Below, in pieces: positions 45,689-58,009 of a DNA stretch of 64,000 bases (position 1 is the first letter of the stretch; the number at the start of each line of letters is the position of its first letter). Source of the stretch: Laetmonice hystrix. Its lineage: Eukaryota. The stretch is taken from contig OZ249448.1 of NCBI GenBank assembly GCA_965235115.1, positions 3,410,001 to 3,474,000 of the forward strand, written 5' to 3'. The translations under genes and the position numbers were made by a program. The notes under the pieces were generated by a model. It saw nothing but the letters and a program-made list of their open reading frames with translations. It ran no database searches and was not told the DNA's origin.

Positions 45689-48196
45689 ATGTCAGCGGGG
45701 CTGGTTCTTAGTCGAGTGGCAGGCATGCTGATGCTAAGCGGGGTTTTCATCAAGAACAAGGACCGATCCAGATGGAAGGACGTTCTTTTGGCAATCTACT
45801 GCATCATGATCCTTTTCAGCTATCTTTTTACTTCAGGAAGATTTGTTTATTATCTTGCAATCTCCACTGAGGGATTCAGTGCTGCCAAGCTATATTTAGT
45901 TCATTATATCATCGGCCAATTCACCATGTTCGCGATCTATCTGGCTATACAAATGGCGGCGCCTTGCCTTCAGACTTTTTCGGAATCTTTTGACAAGGAA
46001 ATGAACAGAGAAGAAATAATGCCCAATGGCGAAGGTCTCAATCTCAAGAATGTGGAAAGGGCATCTCTGGTGTTTTTAGTGGTCAATGTCGTCTCCTCAA
46101 TTCTAGTGGTAGTCGGTCGGTCACTGGCTTACTTTGGATTCTCCATAGAGATAACAGTTACTGTGGATCGCTTGTTCCCAATACCTCCAGTGTTTGATAG
46201 ACCTTGGATGGTCGGCCTGCAGGCACTTGACATAGTCTTTGCACAATTACCAGTCTCCCTCTTCTTCGCAATTCTCACAACAGTCATATTCACTTGTGTC
46301 CTCCTTTCGAAGGCCTTTGAAAGATTCATGAAAAAGATCACCTCAGCGGGAACGGGATGGAATTCTGACTTGGAGATTGAAAACATGCGCTTGCATTACG
46401 AGGAGCTCATTCACCTTACAAACGTGGCCGATTCAATGTTGAGAGATAGTGTCGCAGCGTTGTTTCTGGCAATGATGATACAAATGTGTTTCGCTATCTT
46501 TGGTCTTGTTCGAATGGACACTTATGGGATCCAACACATGTCTGCAGTTCAGGTTGTTTGTGCCATTATATCGGTATTTTCCGTTTGGAGCTGCTGCGTT
46601 AAGGTGCATGAGGCTGTAAGTTGAACCGACTAAAAATTATTTCCCTTCAAGGGAAACAGCAAGAATAACCCCAAGTAATCCCCAAAACAAACACTGTTAA
46701 ATAACAGTACCTGTGAACTGTGTGAATACGTTGGGACATATTCTTGAAGTGGTAATTGTCGCGAATGTGAGAAGAGGGTAGCCTCCTTATGTACATTTGG
46801 GAATGATAAATAACACAGCTGCCTTCTGCCAAATATGGACCGAATTCGAAAGAAAAGAATTACTTTATTCAACTTTGGGCAAACTCTAAGAAAACTTCAT
46901 ACCAATGTATTCCTTTATATAATGGTCAGGATTAAACCATTAGTTACGAATATTTTTTGTTTGGGTTTTAGAAAAGGTGATTGCTGCATTGATATCTAGC
47001 ATATGTCTATTTATCTAGTATATTCTTAAGATGAACAACCTTTAGTCAAGTTTATTTTATATAAACCCTCTCGGTCATTGTATACAATCAGCATAAGCCT
47101 AGGTTGACAATCGATCCACTGTGTATTATCAGTCGCATGCCGTAATTCTTATATCTCCCCATTGGCAGGCCTCTCGTCCCCTTGATGAGCTCTACAGACG
47201 CAAACTCTGCTCCCTCCCAGAGAACTGTGTTCCTCAGGTAACGTCCATGTTTTATTCGGAGAGTTGTATTCATCAGTGGCACCTTGGAGCAATACGCCTG
47301 GCCAACAGGCAGAGGTCCATGCATACTTAGCCACCAATAGCTAATGGCATCTATCAGCTTGCAGAGGGAGTAGGGTGGGGCTTGACCCCTCTTCTCCACT
47401 GCTTCTGGCGGATGTGGCCTTCAACAAATTAAGGGATCTCATGAACAATAGGATGATCTTTATATAGTATAGTCTTTTGAGAATATGTAACCCATTGTAT
47501 TGATACAGAATTCTTTGCTTTTCAGATTCAGATGTTCATCAGTCGCCTTCAGGGGTCCCCGGTTGGGATCACTGCTGCAGGGTTCTTTCTCGTTAACAAA
47601 CAGCTCCTTGTTTCCGTACGTATTTCTCTGATTAAGCACTCAACTGGACACTATCTATGTTGGCCTACTCCAGTCGTCTATGAAAAGATAATAGGGGATT
47701 CTTCCCGGGGTCTTTCCGCATAGTATCCCCATCTAGAATAGATACCAAGACAAAACAAATTTTAACTAAAAATTGCCCAGTTAGGTTAGTTATCACTTTT
47801 TGGGAGTTGTAAAGTTAGCAAATGACGGTGAATTCTTTTAAAGGTTGGGGTGTGTATTACTGTAGAAATACTGAAAATGATAAAGTGGTATACTATGAAC
47901 TCCTCTAAAAACAAATAACTGTATGTATTATGATGGTCTATGACAGTCAACTATCACTGTAGTAAGCATCCTGCTGCGAGTGTCCCACCGCACGACATGC
48001 ACACTTGGGGTGACTACATGTTATTGACAAAGAAAAGTTTATTTTTCAGATTGTGGGGACGATCCTGGCCTACACCATTGTCGTTTTCCAGTTCCAACCG
48101 GAAACAGCCTGTGGGTGTGATCCTAATCCGGCGGCAGTCCAAAATGTCACCGACTCAACATTTTCCGACCTTGACTCAACTACTTTGCCATACTAG
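45689..48196 (+). CDS. GRL gene 5, 410 aa
   Basis: Exons 45689-46615, 47169-47237, 47526-47615, 48050-48196; intact frame. Confidence 0.9.
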
Positions 48197-49781
48197 TATT
48201 TGGGGAAGCACCTTATTTAACGAGGTCGAATTTTTAAAAAAACTCATGCATTAAGAATGCTACGGTCTATTTCTTGTTTCTAAATTGCAAAACAGTGACC
48301 CTTTATTGACCCTTAACAGTGACTAGTCATAATGGTCGCCCCTTTGGGATTAGGGTTAGAACAGTATACTCAGCTCCGACCCTGTCCCTTTGTAACAGGC
48401 GACGAAAGGGGCTTGGAATTGGACAGAGAATTGGTTGAGTGTTGGATTGCAGAACGATCTGTGTTGTTCAGAATCTGGTGAGTTTGCATCCTTCAAGTTC
48501 TTCTGCCTGGTCCTTCTGAGTGCTTCACAAGTGAGTCATCAAAGGCGTTGGTATATCCAGCTGTGTCTCCACGACGGGACATATAAAAGAACGATTGACT
48601 AGGGTTTAACCCAGTTAACCCAGCCCCCCCCCCCCAGCCGCAACGAAATCACAAATAAAGATTAAGGGACAAAATACAACCACCTCCAGTTGACACTACA
48701 GACCGAGTAGTGTATATCTGAATTTCTTTTTTGGAGGTCATTGCCGAAAAGCGATAGTCACTTTTAAAGGAGCAAAATAGAAATACAAATGCATTCAGTT
48801 TTCTCTCAGTTTACAGGGGACGGTTATGTTTTTCAGACTAAATAAACAAAACTTGAGAGACCAGCATAGTTTACAAATTTCTAGTCTCTGATGTACACAG
48901 CAATTCACTACAATACAGAATGAACTGTCTGACTTGATTCTAAAGGTAATCTATGAGCATTTTAAGTGTAATACTTGGAAATAAAGTTACTGTACTCTAT
49001 GACTTCATGGTAGAATTTTCCCTACAACCCATATTTTGTTTGATTCCAGCGTTTTTGAATAACTTAGAGTAACCATTCACATATACATTGTTCAAATAAA
49101 ATATATTACTGCTATAACAGTATAGCAGATGATGACCGCATCATTTCCCTAGCTTTCTTCCCATGGCACACCAACATGGCGGCCATCTTAAACATTCCAT
49201 AGAAACCAATATAATTTTCCAACCTATCAAAGGCCGAGGGAAACCAAGCGATTCCTTGAGATGCAACGCCATCATAGCTACCTTTCTGTAAAACATGTTC
49301 ACAACAGATTTATTTGCCAAAAGGCCAAGTTTGCATCGATCTAAATTAGTAATGACAAATAAATGTCTTGAATAGAGTTTGGCCAATCAAAATGATAGAA
49401 TGTTAGTGACTGCAAAAAAATATTCTATGTGCATCTGTAGACCGTCAACCTATTCTGGTTGTAAATATTTATGCAAACCATCAGTCAACCAAATACACGG
49501 CTGGCCGGAGTGGATAATGTTTAGATATTCTCTTGTTGCTATGGTTCCAATGGGCAAAGTGAACTTTGTGGCAGACTGGGCCTGGCTTGCCCATTAGTGA
49601 CGGCAAATACATTCATGCTTAAGCAAAGAACCTCCTATTGACAAACATAACCAGAATGTGTTGTTTTGCAAACATGTCCGACCGTTTGCACAGATCATTT
49701 GAGCGACTACATTCATTTGCGTTCTGATTAATATAGAGTCAAGGTCTGTTTCTACCCGGAGTCGTCGGAACGAGTTCCAAA

Positions 49782-52240
49782 ATGTCAGCAGGGCTGATTC
49801 TTAGTCGAGTGGCAAGCATGCTGATGCTGAGCGGCATTTTCATCAAGAACAAGGACCGATCGAGATGGAAGAACGTTCTTTTAGCAATCTACAGCATCAT
49901 GATCCTTTTCGGCTATCTTTATACTGCAGGAAGATTTGTTTATTATATTGCAATCTCGACTGAGGGATTCAGTGCTGCCAAGCTATATTTAGTTCATTAT
50001 ATCATGGGCGAGTTCACCATGTTCTCGATCTATCTGGCTATACAAATGGCAGGGACTTGTCTTCAGACTTTTTCAGAGTTTTTTGACAAGGAAATGAACA
50101 GAGAAGAAATAATGCCCAATGGTGAAGGTCTCGATCTCAAGAACGTGGAAAGGGCATCTCTGGTGTGCTTAGTGGCTAATGTCGTCTCCTCAATTCTAGT
50201 GATAGTCGGTCGGTCACTGGCTTACTTTGGATTCTCCAGAGTGATACCTGGGGACCCCTTGTTCCCAATACCTCCAGTGTTTGATACACCTTGGATGATC
50301 GGCCTTCAGGCAGTTGACATAATCACTTTCCAGTTACGAAACGTTCTCTACGTCACGGTGCTTGCAACATTCATATTCACATGTATTTTCCTACTGAAGG
50401 CCTTTGAAAGATTCATGAAAACGATCACCTCGGCGGGAACGGGATGGAATTCGGACTTGGAGATTGAAAACCTGCGATTGCATTACGAGGAGCTCATTCA
50501 CCTTACAAACGTGGCAGATTCAATGTTGAGAGATTGTGTCGCAGTGTTGTTTTTGTCAGTGATGATACAAATGTGTTTCGCTATCTTTGGTCTTGTTCGA
50601 ATGGACACCTATTGGAGCCAACACATGTCTGCAGTTCAGCTTGCTTTCGCGAATATCTCGGTTTTTCTCGTTTGGAGCTGCTGCATTAGGGTGCATGAGG
50701 CTGTAAGTTGAACCGACTAACAATTATTTCTTTTAAAGGGAAACAGCAAGAATAGCCTTAAGTAATCCCCAAAATAAACACTGTTATATAACAGTACCTG
50801 TGAACTGTGTGAATACGTTGGTGCATATTCTTGAAGTGGTAATTGTCGCAAATCTGTGAAGCAGGTAGCCTCCCTAATCTCGATTTGGGAATGATAAATA
50901 ACACAGGTGTCTTCTGCCAAATATGGACCAAATTCGAAAGAAAAGAATTACTTTATTTAACTTTGGGCAAACTCTAAGAACACTTCATACCTTTTTGTTT
51001 GGGTTTTAGAAATGGTGGTTGCTGCATTGGTATATATAGCATATATCTATTTATCTAGTATATTCTTAAGATGAACAACCTTTAGTCAAGTTTATTTTAT
51101 ATACACCCTCTGGGTCATTTTATACAATCAGCATAAGCCTAGGTTGACAATCGATCCACTCTGTATTATCAGTCGCATGCCGTAATTATGATATCTCCCC
51201 ATCGGCAGGCCTCTCGTCCTCTTGATGAGCTCTACAGACGCAAACTCTGCTCCCTCCCAGAGAACTGTGTTCCTCAGGTAACGTCCATGTTTTATTCGGA
51301 GAGTTGTATTCATCAGTGGCACCTTGGAGCAATACGCCTAGCCAACAGGCAGAGGTCCATGCATACTTAGCCACCAATAGCTAATGGCATCTATCAGCTT
51401 GCAGAGGGAGTAGGGTGGGGCTTGACCCCTCTTCTCCACTGCTTCTGGCGGATGTGGCCTTAAACAAATTAAGGGTTCGCATGAACAATAGGATGATCTT
51501 TATAATAGTATAGTCATTTGAGAATATGTAACCCACTGTATTGATAAAGAATTCTTTGCTTTTCAGATTCAGATGTTCATCAGTCGCCTTCAGGGGTCCC
51601 CGGTTGGGATCACTGCTGCAGGGTTCTTTCTCGTTAACAAACAGCTCCTTGTTTCCGTACGTATTTCTCTGATTAAGCACTCAACTGGACACTCTCTATG
51701 TTGGCCTATTTCCAGTCGTGTATGAAAAGATAATAGGGGATTCTTCCCGGGGGCCTTTCCGCATAGTATCCTCATCCAAAATAGATATTATGACTAAACA
51801 AGTTTTAGCTAAAAATTGCCCTTTGGGCGGAAGTTATCACTTTTTGGGAGTTGTAAAGTGAGTAGATGACGGTTAATTGTTTTAAAGGTTGGGGTGTGTG
51901 TTACTGTAGAAATACTGAAAATGATCAAGTGGTATACTATGAACTCCTCTAAAAACAAATAACTATATGTATTATGATGGTCTATGACAGTCAACTATCA
52001 CTGTAGTAAGCATCCTGCTGCGAGTGTCCCACCGCACGACATGCACACTTGGGGTGACTACATCTTATTGACAAAGAAAAGTTTATTTTTCAGATTGTGG
52101 GGACGATCCTGGCCTACACCATTGTCGTTTTCCAGTTCCAACCGCAAACAGCCTGTGGATGTGACACTGATCCGGCGGCGGTCCAAAATGTCACCGCCTC
52201 AACATTTTCCGACCTTGACCCGACTACTTTCCCCTACTAG
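49782..52240 (+). CDS. GRL gene 6, 408 aa
   Basis: Exons 49782-50702, 51209-51277, 51567-51656, 52094-52240; intact frame. Confidence 0.9.
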
Positions 52241-52841
52241 TATTTAGGGAAGCACCTTATTTAACGAGGCCTAGAATTCTATTTTAAACTCGTGCATTAA
52301 GAACGTTACGGTCTATTTGTTGTTTTGAAATTGCAATAGAATGTCCCTTTATTGACCCTTAACAGTGACTACAGTGTGTAGTCATATTGGTCGCCGCTTT
52401 GGGATTCCGAATTTCTAGTCTCCGATGCAGACCACTTTACTGGTCTAGATAGATCACTTTGAGTTGTAGACGTGTCCTTGATAGGTTTTCTGAGAAGTCC
52501 TCTCAATTTAGAAAAATATTAAAAATTCGAATTGCGTGCCACATCACAGTGTCACTCCCGCCTATTCTTTACCATTGCCCCATATGACGTCATCAGGGGA
52601 ATTGGTCCTCAAAACAGCTTACACACAGTTCATGTTCTTGTACAATAACCGCTCCTTTAAGTTAAACAACAACAAATTACATGTATTATCAAGATCTGGC
52701 ACTAAATTTCATGTTAATTTTGATGTCTCTTGGACTTTAAGTGTAATACTTCGAAATAAAGTTACTGTACTCCTTGACTTCATGGTAGAATTTTCCATGC
52801 AACCCGCACTTTGTTTGATTCCTGCGTTTTTGAATTACTAA

Positions 52842-53290
52842 TGGCCCTGATCCACCGATGGTGACCAGTTCGCAACTGACTAGCCTAAAGAATCAAAGTT
52901 GCGAATCAGTCCCAAACAAAACTTTGCGACTGATTCGCAACTTTGATGACAAGTTGCGAATCAGTCGCGAAAATAGTTGCAAAGAGGTTGTGAAGCATGA
53001 ATGCGTCGCGAAAGCTGATCCACCGGAAAATATAGTTGCCAAGTTCCAGTCGCCAGTGGGCGAAATCAAACATGCTTGATGTCACCAAGGGAGTTTGCGA
53101 ACAGGTCACAAAGCCAGGCGACTCGCAAAGCCAGTCGCAAACCCCTCAGGACAGGTGATCCACCAAAATAGTGTTCGTGTCGTGTTCACGACTGGGTTGT
53201 CAACAGTAGGACTTCCCCGAGTTGCCAACAGGTTGCCAATAGGTTGCCAACGAGTCGCAAGGCCAAGTTGCCAGCGGTGGATCAGGGGCA
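52842..53290. mobile_element. 449-bp PIF/Harbinger-like MITE (copy b, co-duplicated with copy a)
   Basis: Same sequence and same flanks as 40579-41027, offset 12263 bp. Confidence 0.75.
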
Positions 53291-54006
53291 TTAGAGTAAA
53301 CATTTACATATATGGTACATTGTTCAAATAAAATATATTACATGTACTGTTATAACAGTATAGTAGATGATGACCGCATCCTTTCCCTAGCTTTCTTCCC
53401 ATGGAACACCAACACGCCGGCCATCTTAAATATTCCATAGAAACCAATATAATTTTCCAACCTATCAAAGGCCGAGGGAAACCAAGCAATTCCTCGAGAT
53501 GCAACACCATCATAGCTACCTTTCTGTAAAACATGTTCACAACAGATTTATTTCCCAATAGGCCAAGGTTGCATCGATCTAAATTAGTAATGACAAAGAA
53601 ATGTCTTGAATATAGAGTTTGGCCAATCAAAATGATAGAATGTTAATGACTGCAAGAAATATTCTATGTGCATCAGTAGACCGTGAACCTAATCTGTTTG
53701 TAAATATTTATGCCAACAATCAGTCAACAAAATCCACAGCCAGTCGGAGTGGATAATGTTGAGATATTCTCTTGTTGCTATGGTTTCAATGTTCAAAATG
53801 AACATTGCGGCAGACTGAGCCTGGCTTGCCCATTAGTGATGAATCCATTCATTCTTAAGCAAAGAACCTCCTTTTCGCAAATAAAACCAAAATGTGTTGA
53901 TTCACAAACATATCGTACTGTTTGCACAGATCATTTGAGCGTTACGTTCTGCTTTATATAGAGTCAAGGTCTGTTTATACCCGGAGTCATAGGTACGAGT
54001 TCCAGA

Positions 54007-56420
54007 ATGTCAGCGGGGCTGATTCTTCGTCGGGTGGCAAGCATGCTGATGCTAAGTGGGGTTTTCATCAAAAACAAGGACCGATCCAGATGGAAGGACG
54101 TTCTTTTGGCAATCTACTGCATCATGATCCTTTCCGGCTATCTTTATACTGCAGGAAGATTTGTTTATTATATTACAATCTCCACTGAGGGATTCAGTGG
54201 TGCCAAGTTATATTTATTGCAGTATACCATCGGCCAGTTCACCATGTTCACGATCTATCTGGCTATACAAATGGCTGCGCCTTGCCTTCAGACTTTTTCG
54301 GAATCTTTTGACAAGGAAATGAACAGAGAAGAAATAATGCCCAATGGCGAAGGTCTCAATCTCAAGAATGTGGAAAGGGCATCTCTGGTGTTTTTAGTGG
54401 TCAATGTCGTCTCCTCAATTCTAGCCGTAGTCGGTCGGTCACTGGCTTACTTTGGATTCTCCGTAGAGATAACAGTTACTGTGGATCGCTTGTTCCCAAT
54501 ACCTCCAGTGTTTGATAGACCTTGGATGGTCGGCCTGCAGGCACTTGACATAGTCATTGCACAATTACAAGTCTGCCTCTTCTTCGCAATACTCGCAACG
54601 GTCATGTTCACTTGCGTCCTCCTTTCGAAGGCCTTTGAAAGATTCATGAAAAAGATCACCTCAGCGGGAACGGGATGGAATTCCGACTTGGAGATTGAAA
54701 ACATGCGCTTGCATTACGAGGAGCTCATTCACCTTACAAACGTGGCCGATTCAATGTTGAGAGATAGTATTGCAGTGTTGTTTCTGGCAGTGATGATACA
54801 AATGTGTTTCGCTATCTTTGGTCTTGTTCGAATGGACACTTATGGGATCCAACACATGTCTGCAGTTCAGGTTGTTTGCTCAATTATCTCTGTATTTCCC
54901 GTTTGGAGCTGCTGCGTTAAGGTGCATGAGGCCGTAAGTTGAACCGACTAAAAATTATTTCCTTTAAAGGGTAGCCTCCCTAATGTAGATTTGGAAATGA
55001 TAAATAACACAGCTGCCTTCTGCCAAATATGGACCGAATTCGAAAGAAAAGAATTACTTTATTCAACTTTGGGCAAACTCTAAGAAAACTTCATACCAAC
55101 GTATTCCTTTATATAATGGTCAGGATTAAACCATTAGTTACGAATATTTTTTGTTTGGGTTTTAGAAAAGGTGATTGCTGCATTGATATCTAGCATATGT
55201 CTATTTATCTAGTATATTCTTAAGATGAACAACCTTTAGTCAAGTTTATTTTATATAAACCCTCTCGGTCATTGTATACAATCAGCATAAGCCTAGGTTG
55301 ACAATCGATCCACTCTGTATTATCAGTCGCATGCCGTAATTCTTATATCTCCCCATCGGCAGGCCTCTCGTCCCCTTGATGAGCTCTACAGATGCAAACT
55401 CTGCTCCCTCCCAGAGAACTGTGTTCCTCAGGTAACGTCCATGTTTTATTCGGAGAGTTGTATTCATCAGTGGCACCTTGGAGCAATACGCCTAGCCAAC
55501 AGGCAGAGGTCCATGCATACTTAGCCACCAATAGCTGATGGCATCTATCAGCTTGCAGAGGGAGTAGGGTGGGGCTTGACCCCTCTTCTCCACTGCTTCT
55601 GGCGGATGTGGCCTTCAACAAATTAAGGGTTCACATGAACAATAGGATGATCTTTATTATAGTATAGTCATTTGAGAATATGTAACCCACTATATTGATA
55701 AAGAATTCTTTGCTTTTCAGATTCAGATGTTCATCAGTCGCCTTCAGGGGTCCCCGGTTGGGATCACTGCTGCAGGGTTCTTTCTCGTTAACAAACAGCT
55801 CCTTGTTTCCGTACGTATTTCTCTGATTAAGCACTCAACTGGACACTATCTATGTTGGCCTATTTCCACTATCTACACTCTCTATGTTGGTCGTATATGA
55901 AAAGATAATAGGGGATTCTTCCCGGGGATTTTTCCGCATAGTATCCTCATCCAGAATAGATATCATGACTGAACAAGTTTTAACTAGAAATTGCTCAGTT
56001 GGGCGGAAGCTATCACCTTGTGGGTATTGTACAGTTAGCAAATGACGGTTAATTCTTTCAAAGCTAGGTGTGCGTGATACTGTAGAAAGACTGAAACTCA
56101 TAAAGCAGTATACTATGAACCCCTCTAAAAACAAAGAATGCAAACTATATTGTGATGGTCTATGACAGTTAACTCTCATTGTAGTAAGAATCTGGCTGCG
56201 AGTGTTCCACCGCCCGACACACACACACTTGGGGTGACTGCATCTTATTGACAAAGGAAAGTTTATTTTTCAGATTGTGGGGACGATCCTGGCCTACACC
56301 ATTGTCGTTTTCCAGTTCCAACCGGAAACAGCCTGTCGGTGTGATCCTAATCCTGCGGCAGTCCAAAATGTCACCGACTCAACATTTTCCGACCTTGACT
56401 CAACTACTTTGCCATACTAG
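54007..56420 (+). CDS. GRL gene 7, 410 aa
   Basis: Exons 54007-54933, 55363-55431, 55721-55810, 56274-56420; intact frame. Confidence 0.9.
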
Positions 56421-58009
56421 TATTTGGGGAAGCACCTTATTTAACGAGGTCGAATTTAAAAAAAACCTCATGCATTAAGAATGCTACGGTCTATTTCTTG
56501 TTTCTAAATTGCAAAACAGTGACCCCTTATTGACCCTTAACAGTGACTAGTCATAATGGTCGCCCCTTTGGGATTAGGGTTAGAACAGTATACTCAGCTC
56601 CGACCCTGTCCCTTTGTAACAGGCGACGAAAGGGGCTTGGAATTGGACAGAGAATTGGTTGAGTGTTGGATTGCAGAACGATCTGTGTTGTTCAGAATCT
56701 GGTGAGTTTGCATCCTTCAAGTTCTTCTGCCTGGTCCTACTGAGTGCTTCCCAATTGAGTCATCAAAGGCGTTGGTATATCCAGCCGTGTCTCTACGACG
56801 GGACATATAAAAGAACGATTGACTAGGGTTTAACCCAGTTAACCCAGCTCCCCCCCCCCCCCCAGCCGCAACGAAATCACAAATAAAGATTAAGGGACAA
56901 AATACAACCACCTCCAGTTGACACTACAGACCGAGTAGTGTATATCTGAATTTCTTTTTTGGAGGTCATTGCCGAAAAGCGATAGTCACTTTTAAAGGAG
57001 CAAAATAGAAATACAAATGCATTCAGTTTTCTCTCAGTTTACAGGGGACGGTTATGTTTTTCAGACTAAATAAACAAAACTTGAGAGACCAGCATAGTTT
57101 ACAAATTTCTAGTCTCTGATGTACACAGCAATTCACTACAATACAGAATGAACTGTCTGACTTGATTCTATAGTTAATCTATGAGCATTTTAAGTGTAAT
57201 ACTTGGAAATAAAGTTACTGTACTCTATGACTTCATGGTAGAATTTTCCCTACAACCCATATTTTGTTTGATTCCAGCGTTTTTGAATTACTTAGAGTAA
57301 CCATTCACATATACATTGTTCAAATAAAATATATTACTGCTATAACAGTATAGCAGATGATGACCGCATCATTTCCCTAGCTTTCTTCCCATGGCACACC
57401 AACATGGCGGCCATCTTAAACATTCCATAGAAACCAATATAATTTTCCAACCTATCAAAGGCCGAGGGAAACCAAGCGATTCCTTGAGATGCAACGCCAT
57501 CATAGCTACCTTTCTGTAAAACATGTTCACAACAGATTTATTTGCCAAAAGGCCAAGTTTGCATCGATCTAAATTAGTAATGACAAATAAATGTCTTGAA
57601 TAGAGTTTGGCCAATCAAAATGATAGAATGTTAGTGACTGCAAAAAAATATTCTATGTGCATCTGTAGACCCTCAACCTATTCTGGTTGTAAATATTTAT
57701 GCAAACCATCAGTCAACCAAATACACGGCTGGCCGGAGTGGATAATGTTTAGATATTCTCTTGTTGCTATGGTTTCAATGGGCAAAGTGAACTTTGTGGC
57801 AGACTGGGCCTGGCTTGCCCATTAGTGACGGCGAATACATTCATGCTTAAGCAAAGAACCTCCTATTGACAAACATAACCAGAATGTGTTGTTTTGCAAA
57901 CATGTCCGACCGTTTGCACAGATCATTTGAGCGACTACATTCATTTGCGTTCTGATTAATATAGAGTCAAGGTCTGTTTCTACCCGGAGTCGTCGGAACG
58001 AGTTCCAAA

